64,000 nucleotides of DNA. Origin: a virus (Duplodnaviria; Caudoviricetes). Below, piece by piece: positions 30,005-40,542 of this stretch (its first letter is position 1; every line of letters starts with the position of its first letter). The notes under the pieces are model-generated. The model saw nothing but the letters and a program-made list of their open reading frames with translations. It searched no databases and was not told the DNA's origin. The DNA lies in the IMG/VR virus record IMGVR_UViG_3300024520_000069, positions 930 to 64,929 of that record. One strand, written 5' to 3'. The position numbers and the translations under genes were made by a program.

Positions 30005-30616
30005 TTAAAGTGTGATACCGAAAGTGTATGCGTCAGGCCAGTTGTTGATTGGGGCTATGAAGTTGTTTGCTGTGGTAGCTGCATCCAACTCTACCAAGTC
30101 TCCTATACTGACACAAGCATTGATTTGTCCTTCAATGAAGTTAGAGATTGTACGAACCTCTTTACGATAGTTTGCCAAGGAAGTCTTAACAGGCTTACCA
30201 GTATCCTCAATCCCACGAATGACTTGCCAGTCATGGACCTGTAACATTCCAGCAGCTACAGCTTTGATCTTGGTGATGTACTGGCTCTTAAGCCCTTCAT
30301 TGATACGTGGGTCTCCCCTATCATCAGTGACTGTCACACCTTCAACTACTTCAACAACATCTTCCAACACCTTTGGGGTTGATGTGTAGGAGTTAGTGAC
30401 AGTACCATTAGCAAAAACTAAACCATTACTCCCAACCCTATGATATTTACTGGAGGGCTTGGATGCTTTGACCACTGTGTACCAGCCAATGTTGTTAAGC
30501 TCTGCCTCACTCCAGTACCTGAATATTGTTGAAGGGTGATTAACATTACCCACTGTGACAGGTTTAGCCCTGCTAAGGGTCTTAACGATCACACCATCCA
30601 ATACATTAGCCCACAT
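30005..30616 (-). CDS. Tail fibre assembly chaperone-like protein
   Basis: DWQVIR..YRKEVR..WP C-terminal pattern. Confidence 0.65.
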   Translation of the reverse strand: MWANVLDGVIVKTLSRAKPVTVGNVNHPSTIFRYWSEAELNNIGWYTVVKASKPSSKYHRVGSNGLVFANGTVTNSYTSTPKVLEDVVEVVEGVTVTDDRGDPRINEGLKSQYITKIKAVAAGMLQVHDWQVIRGIEDTGKPVKTSLANYRKEVRTISNFIEGQINACVSIGDLVELDAATTANNFIAPINNWPDAYTFGITL

Positions 30617-30619
30617 AAC

Positions 30620-30925
30620 TTAACCTACCCCCATTGAAATTTTCCATATATAGCCCATCAGTCCAAGGACTGTCAAGCCTAACGAGCTTATCAACCATGT
30701 CCCAATCCTATACTTAAAGCCTGTCTCTTCCTTCATATGAGCTACTAATGCATCATAGAACTTATCCATCTTAGCGTTGAGTCGTTCACTGTTGGCAGTA
30801 CGCCTCACATCAGTTGCTTGCATAAGTTCCTCCAAAGCTTCTACCTTGTTCTCAAGACCTTCAACTCTGGCAGCTACTTTACCTATGTCTTTATTTATAT
30901 CAATAATAGCAAGCTCCATATCCAT
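30620..30925 (-). CDS. Coiled-coil protein with C-terminal TM
   Basis: Heptad pattern plus hydrophobic tail. Confidence 0.6.
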   Translation of the reverse strand: MDMELAIIDINKDIGKVAARVEGLENKVEALEELMQATDVRRTANSERLNAKMDKFYDALVAHMKEETGFKYRIGTWLISSLGLTVLGLMGYIWKISMGVG

Positions 30926-30926
30926 A

Positions 30927-31223
30927 TCAGTGTTGCCTTCTATGCTCGTTAGTTACATGGTTGTCAAGGTCAGTTTCAAGATCATCAGTACGATCCCTCC
31001 ACTGGCTACCTAAAGCATCGTTGTGTTCTTTCTGCTCTTCAATGAAAGACAACACAATAGCCCTGAATACCTTAGTTTCTGATACTGACTCTACATTTAC
31101 CAGCTTTTTCACTAGTGTCATATCATTCTGAAGTAAGGCGTAGCCAGTAGCTCCACCACTGAACATGAGCAGTAATGGGATCAGCTTCCATAACGTATCC
31201 GTGGATATCTTCAGGTCAGCCAT
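30927..31223 (-). CDS. Membrane protein with N-terminal TM
   Basis: LWKLIPLLLMFSGGATGY. Confidence 0.6.
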   Translation of the reverse strand: MADLKISTDTLWKLIPLLLMFSGGATGYALLQNDMTLVKKLVNVESVSETKVFRAIVLSFIEEQKEHNDALGSQWRDRTDDLETDLDNHVTNEHRRQH

Positions 31224-33244
31224 TATCTTGCCCTGCCTGATGGGGTGCCAAAGATCACATCGACATATGTAATCCCGCTCCCGTTCATCCGGCTATTGGA
31301 GTTCTGGGACTTCACGCCCTTGCTGGTGAAGTCGATGTTGTTACCAGAAGTCTGCTTTGAGTTGAGATCAAAGGCGTAGAAATCACTCATCACATTGTAG
31401 TTGCTGTTGGTGACAGCATCTATATTGAACCACTCGACAGTGGCGCTGATGTGCTTTGACCAGAACCATTCAGGCGCTACACCAGCGTTGATGAAAGCGT
31501 ATGTGGACCCGCCCCCGACATGGGACATGATCTTGATAAAGTCACCATCAGCCAGCACCAGATAATCATAGGTGTCTGTGGCATGTCCTGTGCCAATGTC
31601 GAAACTATTGATACCCACGTTGGTGATGTTGGAGGATAGCTGTTCAGCACCACCACCAGTGACCTGTAGCAAGTCACCAGCAGTCAGGTCAGGATGATAA
31701 AACCAAACCTCACCGCTGCTTCTGGGGAACAGGAGAATAGCGCAACGAGCTTCACCGAGACTATGGGTTACAGTTGTGTCCCCAGTGCCGTTTGTATGGG
31801 CCTGTGATCCTGCCGCTGTACCGCTGGCACTCCCAATATTGATCGACCATGCTGTCCATGTATCGGTGCCAGTCAAGGTGCTTACTGACTGGTAAGTAGC
31901 CGTGCTGGAAGTGCTGTACTCATTGCCGCTATCGTGACTGAACCGCCAAATCCAATTCTCGCTGGTAGTGTAGTTCTTGTAGATGTCCACACGGTTGGTG
32001 AAAGAATGGGCAGCAGACAATGTGCTGGCAATGTTGGTCTCTGTATCAGTGACGGCGACAAAATGATCAGACAGGGCTGTAGTTACAGCGTTATGCACAT
32101 CCACGTTGGCTTGGTTGAGGTAGGTGTAGCCGCTGATGGGGTAACTCAGGTCAACCTCTTCCACGATGGTACAGTTAGCTGCCGCGCCGGTATGGACAAA
32201 AGCGAATGGCACCCAGTGCTTATCAGCGTCAAGACTGCCGGAGAATGTATGTTTGACTGTACCGCCGTTCTGGTAAACCTTCACCGTATTAGCGTCGAAA
32301 TCCAGACAATATGCAATCTCGTCACTGGTAGTCACTGTGAATGAATAACTGTCATAAGAACCGTTCTGGATTGTATCTTTATTACTGGTACAGAAGTTCA
32401 ACTGACTGGTATTTTCAACAACACTACCTAATGACCCCCAGTCGGTAGCTACTTGTCCCGGCACCATTACACCGGCAGATGCCAGAGCAGATGTTGAAGT
32501 GGATTTAAATGTAATTTGCCACTGGCCAGTACGGGGAAACGGGATTGTTGCCTCTGCCCCACCACCAACTGATGTGCTTGTGGCTACAGTGTTGCCAGAA
32601 GACAGGGCAAAGCTACTGCTGTCCATCTGCAAAGGATTAAACAGGCACATCTCAGCAGTCGGAGTGTTGGTGACCAGCGTAACAGATGTGTCAGTCCAGT
32701 CACCGGCAGAGCCACTGTTCGTACCAGCGTCACCTTCAAACTTGAAATAGTGCTCACCCGCCGTGGCGGCTATGGCAACCCAAACACCTGTCACACTGTC
32801 TTCCTCACCGAAATTGGTGACTGCATCAGTGCCTGATTTCAGATGGACTTCCGCTGCATAGCCCTCGAAGTCGTCGAAGAGTTTCTGGTTCGACAAGCTG
32901 GTCGTTGTGCAGGAGCCACGGGACACGCCATTGACATAGATGCCGTTGTTGCTGATGTGAACGTGCATCCAGCCAGTAGTGTCTCTGTGCAATGCCGATG
33001 TGCTGGTGCCTTCGGCCTCAAGAGTATCGTTGCTGTTGAAGTGGATTTCCCCGGCAGTTGCGCCGAGCATGAGGTTCTCCGAACCCGTGTCAGTCAGGTA
33101 TATCCATGCCGAGAACGTCCACGGGGCAGTAATACTGTAGGTGGCAGAAAGCTCCGATCCACTGGTGAACAAGCCAGCATAATCAATACTAAAACCACCA
33201 CTACTCTGCCCACCAGCACCCATCAATAAGTTATTGTTAAACAT
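31223..33244 (-). CDS. Receptor-binding/tail protein with lectin-like (LamG/SPRY-type) domains
   Basis: WTFSAW, RDTTGWMHVH, YVNG, CLFNPL, LSSGN motifs; codon style differs from neighbours. Confidence 0.7.
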   Translation of the reverse strand: MFNNNLLMGAGGQSSGGFSIDYAGLFTSGSELSATYSITAPWTFSAWIYLTDTGSENLMLGATAGEIHFNSNDTLEAEGTSTSALHRDTTGWMHVHISNNGIYVNGVSRGSCTTTSLSNQKLFDDFEGYAAEVHLKSGTDAVTNFGEEDSVTGVWVAIAATAGEHYFKFEGDAGTNSGSAGDWTDTSVTLVTNTPTAEMCLFNPLQMDSSSFALSSGNTVATSTSVGGGAEATIPFPRTGQWQITFKSTSTSALASAGVMVPGQVATDWGSLGSVVENTSQLNFCTSNKDTIQNGSYDSYSFTVTTSDEIAYCLDFDANTVKVYQNGGTVKHTFSGSLDADKHWVPFAFVHTGAAANCTIVEEVDLSYPISGYTYLNQANVDVHNAVTTALSDHFVAVTDTETNIASTLSAAHSFTNRVDIYKNYTTSENWIWRFSHDSGNEYSTSSTATYQSVSTLTGTDTWTAWSINIGSASGTAAGSQAHTNGTGDTTVTHSLGEARCAILLFPRSSGEVWFYHPDLTAGDLLQVTGGGAEQLSSNITNVGINSFDIGTGHATDTYDYLVLADGDFIKIMSHVGGGSTYAFINAGVAPEWFWSKHISATVEWFNIDAVTNSNYNVMSDFYAFDLNSKQTSGNNIDFTSKGVKSQNSNSRMNGSGITYVDVIFGTPSGRAR

Positions 33245-33247
33245 AGA

Positions 33248-33766
33248 TCAACCATACTCCAGCGTTGCAACGGCTTGGACATTCGTAGATGTACGTACAA
33301 TGTAATCTATCCGATCAGCCGAATTAATTGATGTTGACATAGTTGGGGCAGTTGCAGCAGCAAAGTCCCACACGCTATTATAAGATAGTGTCCTAGTCCC
33401 AGTACCATCCTGATACACAAAGATGCTACCAGTCTGTCCAGCCACACAGTTGCTTGGTGCAGCTAATGTACGGTTGCCTCCAAGGGTCACAGCAAAGTTC
33501 TGGGCAGTGTTAAAGTCTACAGCTATTGAGGCTCCATCAGTTAATGAGACCACATCCATAACAGCAGCACCAGAGACCCTCACAGCCTTGCCTAAGTTGG
33601 CAGTACTATTGAGGACAACTGAACTACAGTATACATCAGTACCACTAACAATGCCAGCAATCGAGACTGCACCAGCAAGGGTGATTCCACCTGTACCATT
33701 GACATCAATCGTAAGCTGACCGTTGGTTGTGGCAGCTTTGACTGTATCTACATTAATGTCTGACAT
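33248..33766 (-). CDS. Tail fibre-associated protein
   Basis: FAVTLGGNRT..QDGTGTRTLS domain shared with 29051-29989. Confidence 0.7.
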   Translation of the reverse strand: MSDINVDTVKAATTNGQLTIDVNGTGGITLAGAVSIAGIVSGTDVYCSSVVLNSTANLGKAVRVSGAAVMDVVSLTDGASIAVDFNTAQNFAVTLGGNRTLAAPSNCVAGQTGSIFVYQDGTGTRTLSYNSVWDFAAATAPTMSTSINSADRIDYIVRTSTNVQAVATLEYG

Positions 33767-33787
33767 GTAATATAATCTCCATAGTTA

Positions 33788-34012
33788 TCATGATAAGGCT
33801 AATGTCCCAGTTCGTACAGTACCGTCACTACCTTTGAGTCTGAATGTTAAAAGGGTATTCGATGTTGCTTCAATGACAAGGTCACCATTATTGGCAGGGG
33901 TTTGTGAGGATGATGTAACTAATACAATACCACCTGTACCCTTGCCAGACAACTCAAGATCAGTGTTGACCCCTGTTGCTGCTCCCAATGCATCTGCTTT
34001 GATAGTACTCAT
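33788..34012 (-). CDS. Small tail-associated protein
   Basis: ORF; ATGA overlap. Confidence 0.6.
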   Translation of the reverse strand: MSTIKADALGAATGVNTDLELSGKGTGGIVLVTSSSQTPANNGDLVIEATSNTLLTFRLKGSDGTVRTGTLALS

Positions 34013-37000
34013 ATGATCACCAATGTTCCGTCAATTGTTAGGGTAACCCCTGATGCGATTGTGAGGGGCCCAGTACATGAGCCATTCTCCCCAGACACAA
34101 TAGATGTGCTGGTATTAAGCTCTGCCTCATTGATCCTGAAGATGTCTCCAGCACTGTTGCCTGTCGTACCATTCTCACCTTTGAAGTACCCACCGCCTGT
34201 GTTGTTGGCAATGGATGTTGCCATAGTAGCTGACAGGGCTGTGATGGCGGTGTTACTATTAGAGATCGACGTGGCCATTGTAGCTGACAAGGCTGTGATG
34301 GCGCTATTACTGTTACCAATACTAGTAGCCATTGTGGCACTTAATGCTGTGATGTCTGAAGCATTCACAGCTATAGCGCTAGTATTTGCTGCGATAGATG
34401 GTGTAGCAGTAAACATCGCCCAATCTGCTACTCCTAATGCAAGGCCCATAGCAACACTAGTGAGTACGGACACAGCAGCAATATGGATGTTACTATTGTC
34501 AATACTTGTGGCCATAGTAGCACTGAGGGCTGTAATGGCTGAAGCATTATTGGAGATGCTTGTGGCCATAGTAGCTGATAAGGCTGTAATAGCTGAGTTG
34601 CTATTAGAGATCGACGTGGCCATTGTAGAGGATACGTTGGCAATGGATGTTGCCATCGTAGCACTAAGGGCTGTTATGGCGCTGTTACTATTGGAGATAC
34701 TAGTTGCCATGGTAGCTGACAAGGCTGTCACATCAGAGCTAAGGGTTGCTACATCAACACCATCAACAGTACCACCAAGGGTGAGGTTACCGTCAATACT
34801 CAGGTTACCTTGGTTGCCTAGCTGCATCACGAAGTCTTCACCAGACCCCGGAGTAGCCTGATAGATCACACTGAAGAGTTCTGTTGGGGACTGTACTGCC
34901 CTCGTATCAATACGGAACATAGCCCCCGGAGAACCTGTGTCGTGTCCACCAGCCTGTGCATAGTTAGTTCCAAACTGGAGTAACTCGCCATTGACCTCAG
35001 TGATCAGACTAGCCTTTAAGGTATCTGTCATTGATATCATAGAACCGGTGAGGTTGATTTCCCCTGTGCCTGTAATGTTACTACTGTTCAAGTCAAGGTC
35101 ACCACCAAGCTGCGGGGTAGTGTCTTCAACAATATCATCAATACCACTAGCTGCTGCGTTTGCTATAGATGTGGCCAATGTGGCACTCAAGGCTGTGAGG
35201 GCTGTATTGGTATTGTTAATACTCGTAGCCATCGTAGCACTCAATGCTGTGATAGCTGAGTTGCTATTAGAGATCGACGTAGCCATCGTAGCACTGAGGG
35301 TAGTGATGGCGCTGTTGATAGACGTAGTAGCGTTGTTGATGCTTGTTATAGCATTAGCATTAGTGGTGATGTTACTGTTACTATTAGAGATAGATGTTGC
35401 CATAGTGGCCGACACAGCATCAATAGCTGCCTGTACATCAGTCTGGTCTGCAAGAGTACCCGTTATAGCCCCCCACGCAACACCAGTAATGATGCCTGTC
35501 AGGTTAGAACCATCACCATAGTATTCGGCAGCACTCACGTTGCCGCTAAACACAGCAGAAGCACCTGACACAGCACCAACGACATTCATGGCCTGTATAG
35601 ATGCATGTGTAGGTACTTGTAATGTGTTGGTTGTGAAGTCAGCTACTGATGTTGGGGCAGTTCCTCCAACACCTGTGAGGTTTGAACCATCACCATAGTA
35701 TTCAGCAGCACTTACATTACCAGAGAATACAGCAGAGGTTCCTGATACAGCACCAACAATGTTAATGGCCTGTACAGAAGCATGGGCTGTCACCTGTAGG
35801 GTATTGACAGTGAAGTCAGCTACTGATGTAGGGTTACTCCCAATACCTGTGAGGTTAGAACCATCACCATAGTACTCTACCGCACTCACATTACCACTAA
35901 GGGTGATGGCTGTACCACTCACATGCCCTGATAAAGTACCACCAGACAGGGGTAAGTGGTTTGAGATACTGGATGCCATAGTAGCTGATAAGGTAGTGAT
36001 AACGCCATTAACAGATACAATAGCATCCTTATTGGCTGTGATGCTCACGTTACTCTTGGCGATAGATGTGGCCATTGTGGCGCTAACAGCTTCAACGTCT
36101 GTCATCACTGCCAAGCCTGTACCGCCAAGCTCACCAGAGACAAGGGCAATGTTAGTTGCGCTAATGGTGCCAGAGAATACAGCAGCAGTACCACTGACCA
36201 CACCAGCAATGTTGAGGGCTTCCACAGAGGCTTTAGTAACGACCTGTAGGGTATTGGTTGTGAAGTCAGCTACAGAGGTTGGTGCGACTGCTGTGATACC
36301 TGTGAGGTTGCTACCATCACCATGGAACTCTACTGCGCTTACGTTACCACTGAACGTACCTGCTGTGGCACTGACGATACCGCCAACTACATTGTTGGCG
36401 TTGGTGGCGTTAGTCGCACTTATGGCAAAGGATGCGTTGGTGGATGAGGTTGCGAACACAGCAGAGACTGCATTGGTAGCAGCACTGGCAGATGTGGCAA
36501 AGGTGGCGTTGACTGCATTGGTGGCGTTAGTTGCACTGATGGCAAAGGATGCATTAGTAGCTGATGTGGCGAATGCAATGTTGGTGAGGTTGCTGCCATC
36601 ACCATGTACTTCACTGGCAGACACAGTCCCTGAGAATGTGGCAGTAGTACCGCTAACCACACCATTGAGGGTGAGGCCAGCAATGGATGTCTGTCCAGAT
36701 ACTGTGAGGGCTGTGAGGGTGATGGATGTCTCATCAGATGCAGAGACTACTTGACCAGCACTGTTAACTTCAAAGTTAGCTATTGGCCCGTAAGATGCAG
36801 AAGTAACTCCAGAAGCATTAAGGGAGATAGTAGGATTGCCACTAGTCCCATCACCATTACCGACAGATACACCTGATCCAGCAGTGATAGTTCGTCCGTA
36901 GATTGTTCCAGAATTAGAAGCAACAATACCAGTGGTACCAGTAAGATCAGCAATAGCATTAATAGCAGAAGCATCTACAGTCAAAGCCTCCCCATTGAGT

Positions 37001-37170
37001 TGGAATGTACCGTTAATATTAACAGCAGCGTTACTGATCTGGAGGGCAGAGTCTGTACCCTCACCATCAGAGACAGGCCGCATAGTGGTATCAACTCCAC
37101 TATTGCTATTACTAACTTGGAGTAGGTCTTTATATGTGGCTGATGGTGTCTTACCAGTCAGTGCGGCCAT
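34009..37170 (-). CDS. Long Ser/Thr/Ala-rich tail fibre protein with internal repeats
   Basis: 18-aa ALSATMATSISNSNSAIT repeats, GNVSAxEYYGDGSNLTG repeats, DTTPQLGGDLD motif. Confidence 0.8.
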   Translation of the reverse strand: MAALTGKTPSATYKDLLQVSNSNSGVDTTMRPVSDGEGTDSALQISNAAVNINGTFQLNGEALTVDASAINAIADLTGTTGIVASNSGTIYGRTITAGSGVSVGNGDGTSGNPTISLNASGVTSASYGPIANFEVNSAGQVVSASDETSITLTALTVSGQTSIAGLTLNGVVSGTTATFSGTVSASEVHGDGSNLTNIAFATSATNASFAISATNATNAVNATFATSASAATNAVSAVFATSSTNASFAISATNATNANNVVGGIVSATAGTFSGNVSAVEFHGDGSNLTGITAVAPTSVADFTTNTLQVVTKASVEALNIAGVVSGTAAVFSGTISATNIALVSGELGGTGLAVMTDVEAVSATMATSIAKSNVSITANKDAIVSVNGVITTLSATMASSISNHLPLSGGTLSGHVSGTAITLSGNVSAVEYYGDGSNLTGIGSNPTSVADFTVNTLQVTAHASVQAINIVGAVSGTSAVFSGNVSAAEYYGDGSNLTGVGGTAPTSVADFTTNTLQVPTHASIQAMNVVGAVSGASAVFSGNVSAAEYYGDGSNLTGIITGVAWGAITGTLADQTDVQAAIDAVSATMATSISNSNSNITTNANAITSINNATTSINSAITTLSATMATSISNSNSAITALSATMATSINNTNTALTALSATLATSIANAAASGIDDIVEDTTPQLGGDLDLNSSNITGTGEINLTGSMISMTDTLKASLITEVNGELLQFGTNYAQAGGHDTGSPGAMFRIDTRAVQSPTELFSVIYQATPGSGEDFVMQLGNQGNLSIDGNLTLGGTVDGVDVATLSSDVTALSATMATSISNSNSAITALSATMATSIANVSSTMATSISNSNSAITALSATMATSISNNASAITALSATMATSIDNSNIHIAAVSVLTSVAMGLALGVADWAMFTATPSIAANTSAIAVNASDITALSATMATSIGNSNSAITALSATMATSISNSNTAITALSATMATSIANNTGGGYFKGENGTTGNSAGDIFRINEAELNTSTSIVSGENGSCTGPLTIASGVTLTIDGTLVII

Positions 37171-37445
37171 TACAGGAACTCCCAGTTATGTTCATCTAAA
37201 TCATCCCAACCATTGTTAATGTTTTCCCATTCCTTCTGACGCTCAAGGAAGCTATCAGGTCTGGCATTCTTAATACTCACATCTTCTATGATACGTGCAT
37301 TCCTATTCTGTGGGTGGTTCTTGGTATCAAACTTCCCATCATAATCAGTGGGACATACCAAAACGCCATAGCTATTCTTCCTTAATTCCTTACGACGGTA
37401 CTTCCATCCACAGACATCACACACACCCCATGCATTACGCTTCAT
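37170..37445 (-). CDS. Small Zn-binding structural-region protein (copy 2)
   Basis: AWGVCDVCGWKY..LVCP.D.D..HPQN. Confidence 0.8.
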   Translation of the reverse strand: MKRNAWGVCDVCGWKYRRKELRKNSYGVLVCPTDYDGKFDTKNHPQNRNARIIEDVSIKNARPDSFLERQKEWENINNGWDDLDEHNWEFL

Positions 37446-37447
37446 GT

Positions 37448-37663
37448 TTAACTTCCTTCGCCGGGGTCAATCCTTGGGTTCCTGATTGCAGGGTTCTCTC
37501 CAACCTTTGGTATCCTATTCTGTGGGTGGTTCTTTAAGTCAAAACTACCATCGTGGTCAGCAGGGCATACGAGGAGTCCAAAGCTATTAGGCTTCAGTTG
37601 TGAATGCCTGTAGCGCCAGCCACAGACATCACATATCCCCCATGCCCTCTTATTACTAGCCAT
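37448..37663 (-). CDS. Small Zn-binding structural-region protein (copy 1)
   Basis: AWGICDVCGWRY..LVCP.D.D..HPQN. Confidence 0.8.
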   Translation of the reverse strand: MASNKRAWGICDVCGWRYRHSQLKPNSFGLLVCPADHDGSFDLKNHPQNRIPKVGENPAIRNPRIDPGEGS

Positions 37664-38355
37664 TAGATAAGATTCAGCTTAGGTGTGAAATGCATTGAGA
37701 CACGTTCCCGATCTTCTTCCATAGCTCTGGTGAGCCTACCATCATACTCAGACTCGATGAGGGCCAGCTTGTTAGGATCAAGCCCATCCTTCTTAAGTCC
37801 CATCTGGTAAGCTACACCAGCAGTCAAGGCTGGGTAGAATCGACGGGATATGTCAGGCGTTTGCGATGCGGATTTATCCACATCTTGGATGTACTTGACT
37901 TGCTCAAACTTGATAACGTCTGTGCTGTTGTCTGGTATAGGCCACAGATATACGGTGGGTGTGTTACCTGCATTGGCGCTGCGTACAGCATATTGTGTGG
38001 TTCTACCCGTCTGTGACTTGTTTGGAAGTTGAAGATACTCTTGCATTGAGATACGGTCAAGGGAGATGTCTGATGGCACATTGTTCGTTGTCCTACTATG
38101 CACAGCGTTTAAGACATCAAGGGTTGCTGATGTCAGGGCAAGGGTAGTTACGGATGTGGTGAGGGTTACGGCAGTGGTATCAACAGACCAGAGGGTGATG
38201 CCCCTATTCTGCCAATCATTGAAGAGGAGGTTGATGGAGCGTCTGGCAGACTTAGGGTCATGGCCAGAAGTTTGCTCACCCCCAATCATCTCAAGGGCTT
38301 CCTGAATTACTTCATCAATGTCCATAGAGAAGTCATATGTTCCGCTAGTACTCAT
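37663..38355 (-). CDS. Head-tail adaptor/tail tubular protein
   Basis: ARRSINLLFNDWQNRG, YLWPIPD, EEDRE; synteny. Confidence 0.75.
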   Translation of the reverse strand: MSTSGTYDFSMDIDEVIQEALEMIGGEQTSGHDPKSARRSINLLFNDWQNRGITLWSVDTTAVTLTTSVTTLALTSATLDVLNAVHSRTTNNVPSDISLDRISMQEYLQLPNKSQTGRTTQYAVRSANAGNTPTVYLWPIPDNSTDVIKFEQVKYIQDVDKSASQTPDISRRFYPALTAGVAYQMGLKKDGLDPNKLALIESEYDGRLTRAMEEDRERVSMHFTPKLNLI

Positions 38356-38370
38356 CAGTGATACCTTCCT

Positions 38371-38607
38371 TTAGGTTGCCGCTTGCCATTTAATCTTCTC
38401 AACATCTACTAGTTCTTCAGGACCATTAGCCATGTTATAGATACGGTCCATCCTACGATGGGCTTCTTCAAGTTGTTTCTTCAGTTCATCATAGTGGGGC
38501 CAGAGGTGGAGTGTTGCCCTATTAGCATCTGGATAGTCTAAGGCATGCATGGAATACTTTGATTCAGTGTATAGGTAGTCAACCATTTCTTTGTGTGTGT
38601 GGAACAT
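38371..38607 (-). CDS. Hypothetical protein
   Basis: GGAG RBS. Confidence 0.6.
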   Translation of the reverse strand: MFHTHKEMVDYLYTESKYSMHALDYPDANRATLHLWPHYDELKKQLEEAHRRMDRIYNMANGPEELVDVEKIKWQAAT

Positions 38608-38631
38608 CTTATTATTTAATCTCCAATAAGC

Positions 38632-39726
38632 TTAGTCTCGTTCGACTTCATACTTACCAATCAGTCGAACATTGTATTTAAGTAGGGATGTCATGTCATC
38701 ACGTATCAGGATTGACATGTAGTTCTGTGAAGCTGGGCCATCAATAACTAATGGTTCAGAGTAATCGAAGTCCATAGTAATCGCAGTGTTTGTCCCATCA
38801 CTGATAGCGTTAGAAATATTAAAACCTACATCAAAGAACTCGCCAAGCTGTTTGAATGTTAAGGAGAAGCGCACTATACTATCCTCAACCCACTGTAGTC
38901 CCATCCCATTTGTGAGGGTCAGTCCTAATATCTGGTCATATGATAGGGCTGGCATTGTTCCGGCAGACAAGGTAGATGCAGCAGGACCAGCAATAGTAAC
39001 CCGTACCCTGTATGTAGTAAACTTCTGGCCTTGGGGAGGTACAGCTAAGAACTCAATAATCTCACCGGTCTCTTCAAGCTGGAAATCATCAATATAGAAC
39101 TTAGGAGACTTACCAGTACCTTTTGTATTATGAACCATCCTGAACGCATCAATGGTAGCTGCTTCAAGACTCATAGCGGTTAAAGGTATAGTTATATTAT
39201 GCCAGACATCAAACTCATTAGAGTTTGCGTAGTCCTCAAGATTTACTGATGTACCAACCGCAAGACCAGTCCCAGTATCCCAACCCTGAATTGATACCCC
39301 ATCACCAGCATCCCAATCTTTATCAATATTAATCCATAAAGTGATAGCCACATAGCTACTCAAGTCAATAGATGACGCCCTTAAGAACTGCCATGTATCA
39401 CCAACAGCAGGGTTATCAACCTTAATGGAGAGGGTGCTGGGTGGTCTAGGGCGCTCTCCATTATCAAATTTAGGTTTGACCCCAATTATGTTAGACCCTG
39501 TCCACGCTGAGGTATCAGTACCATCATGGATAAGCTCAGGCAATCCTCCAAATAAACCATTCTGGTTCATCTCAAAACCATAGTCAGGGTTTAGGAATAA
39601 GATTTGGGCAGGGCGATAGCGCCTGTACGGCTCCATTGCTGTACGTGCCTCACCTTCATCGGTAATGCCAAGTTCTTTAACATTACCTTTACCGTCACCA
39701 CCTAATACCCTGACAGGAATAGTCAT
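38632..39726 (-). CDS. Protein with carbohydrate-binding-like beta-sandwich
   Basis: DLSSY..ITLWI..WHNITIPL..FYIDDFQL pattern. Confidence 0.6.
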   Translation of the reverse strand: MTIPVRVLGGDGKGNVKELGITDEGEARTAMEPYRRYRPAQILFLNPDYGFEMNQNGLFGGLPELIHDGTDTSAWTGSNIIGVKPKFDNGERPRPPSTLSIKVDNPAVGDTWQFLRASSIDLSSYVAITLWINIDKDWDAGDGVSIQGWDTGTGLAVGTSVNLEDYANSNEFDVWHNITIPLTAMSLEAATIDAFRMVHNTKGTGKSPKFYIDDFQLEETGEIIEFLAVPPQGQKFTTYRVRVTIAGPAASTLSAGTMPALSYDQILGLTLTNGMGLQWVEDSIVRFSLTFKQLGEFFDVGFNISNAISDGTNTAITMDFDYSEPLVIDGPASQNYMSILIRDDMTSLLKYNVRLIGKYEVERD

Positions 39727-39729
39727 CCC

Positions 39730-40347
39730 TTATTCTTTCACCGTATCGCCTACATAGCCGTTAACAGAGATCGCAATCTTCTCACCATCTGTGGCAGTAC
39801 CTCCACCTTCACGCTTGTAAGCTATATACCATGTACCACCGGGGCCAATTACGTTTGTACCATTCATATTACGTTGTGTGGACAGGCGTGATGTGACCGG
39901 CCACTCATGAAACTCAGTACCTGATGTGTATGTTAAGTCTGCCGAGCCATCACTGATCTTAACTTCAGCACCTCCAGTAATAAACTGATTAGGTTTACTG
40001 GTATGTTTCTGTACTACAGCAGTGGTAGTAGCATCTGTACCTCCTGTAAGACCAACAGGGATAATGCCTTGTACTAACAGTAAATCTACTGGGGTGATTG
40101 TTTGAGGATCAATATACAGACGAGTGATATGAAAGTTCTTGTCGGCTGTATTATTAGTGATTGCAATTAGCACACCTGATGCCGCAGCAGCAGTGTGACA
40201 GACAGCATGTCCGATATAGGCATCCCCTACATGTGCTGATTCCTCTTCTGCATGGAAGCTAACAGATTCCACACGGGCCAGTCCTGTGGAACGGAATAGC
40301 CATGATTTAATTCCACCTTTTGAAGTACGCCCTGTAATCTCAGTCAT
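39730..40347 (-). CDS. Hypothetical virion protein
   Basis: Beta-rich ORF in structural arm. Confidence 0.6.
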   Translation of the reverse strand: MTEITGRTSKGGIKSWLFRSTGLARVESVSFHAEEESAHVGDAYIGHAVCHTAAAASGVLIAITNNTADKNFHITRLYIDPQTITPVDLLLVQGIIPVGLTGGTDATTTAVVQKHTSKPNQFITGGAEVKISDGSADLTYTSGTEFHEWPVTSRLSTQRNMNGTNVIGPGGTWYIAYKREGGGTATDGEKIAISVNGYVGDTVKE

Positions 40348-40542
40348 CTAAAACTCCTCACCAATGCCGCTGGAAAGACCATCTCCATAGGCAGCTTCCA
40401 GCAGTTTAAGCATGCCCTTCTGTGTCTCTACTAAATCTTTAAGTAATGCTACAATAACATCTCCATTCGTTGAGGCTACTAAGGTACTATCCCTACCTAA
40501 CTCATCAACTCCCGAAGAGCCTAGTTTATTTAAGTTACTCAT
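40348..40542 (-). CDS. Hypothetical protein
   Basis: ORF, packing. Confidence 0.55.
   Translation of the reverse strand: MSNLNKLGSSGVDELGRDSTLVASTNGDVIVALLKDLVETQKGMLKLLEAAYGDGLSSGIGEEF

Noticed and set aside
34013-36754. Long + strand ORFs opposite the fibre gene
   Set aside because: Antisense shadows of repetitive coding sequence with no RBS context
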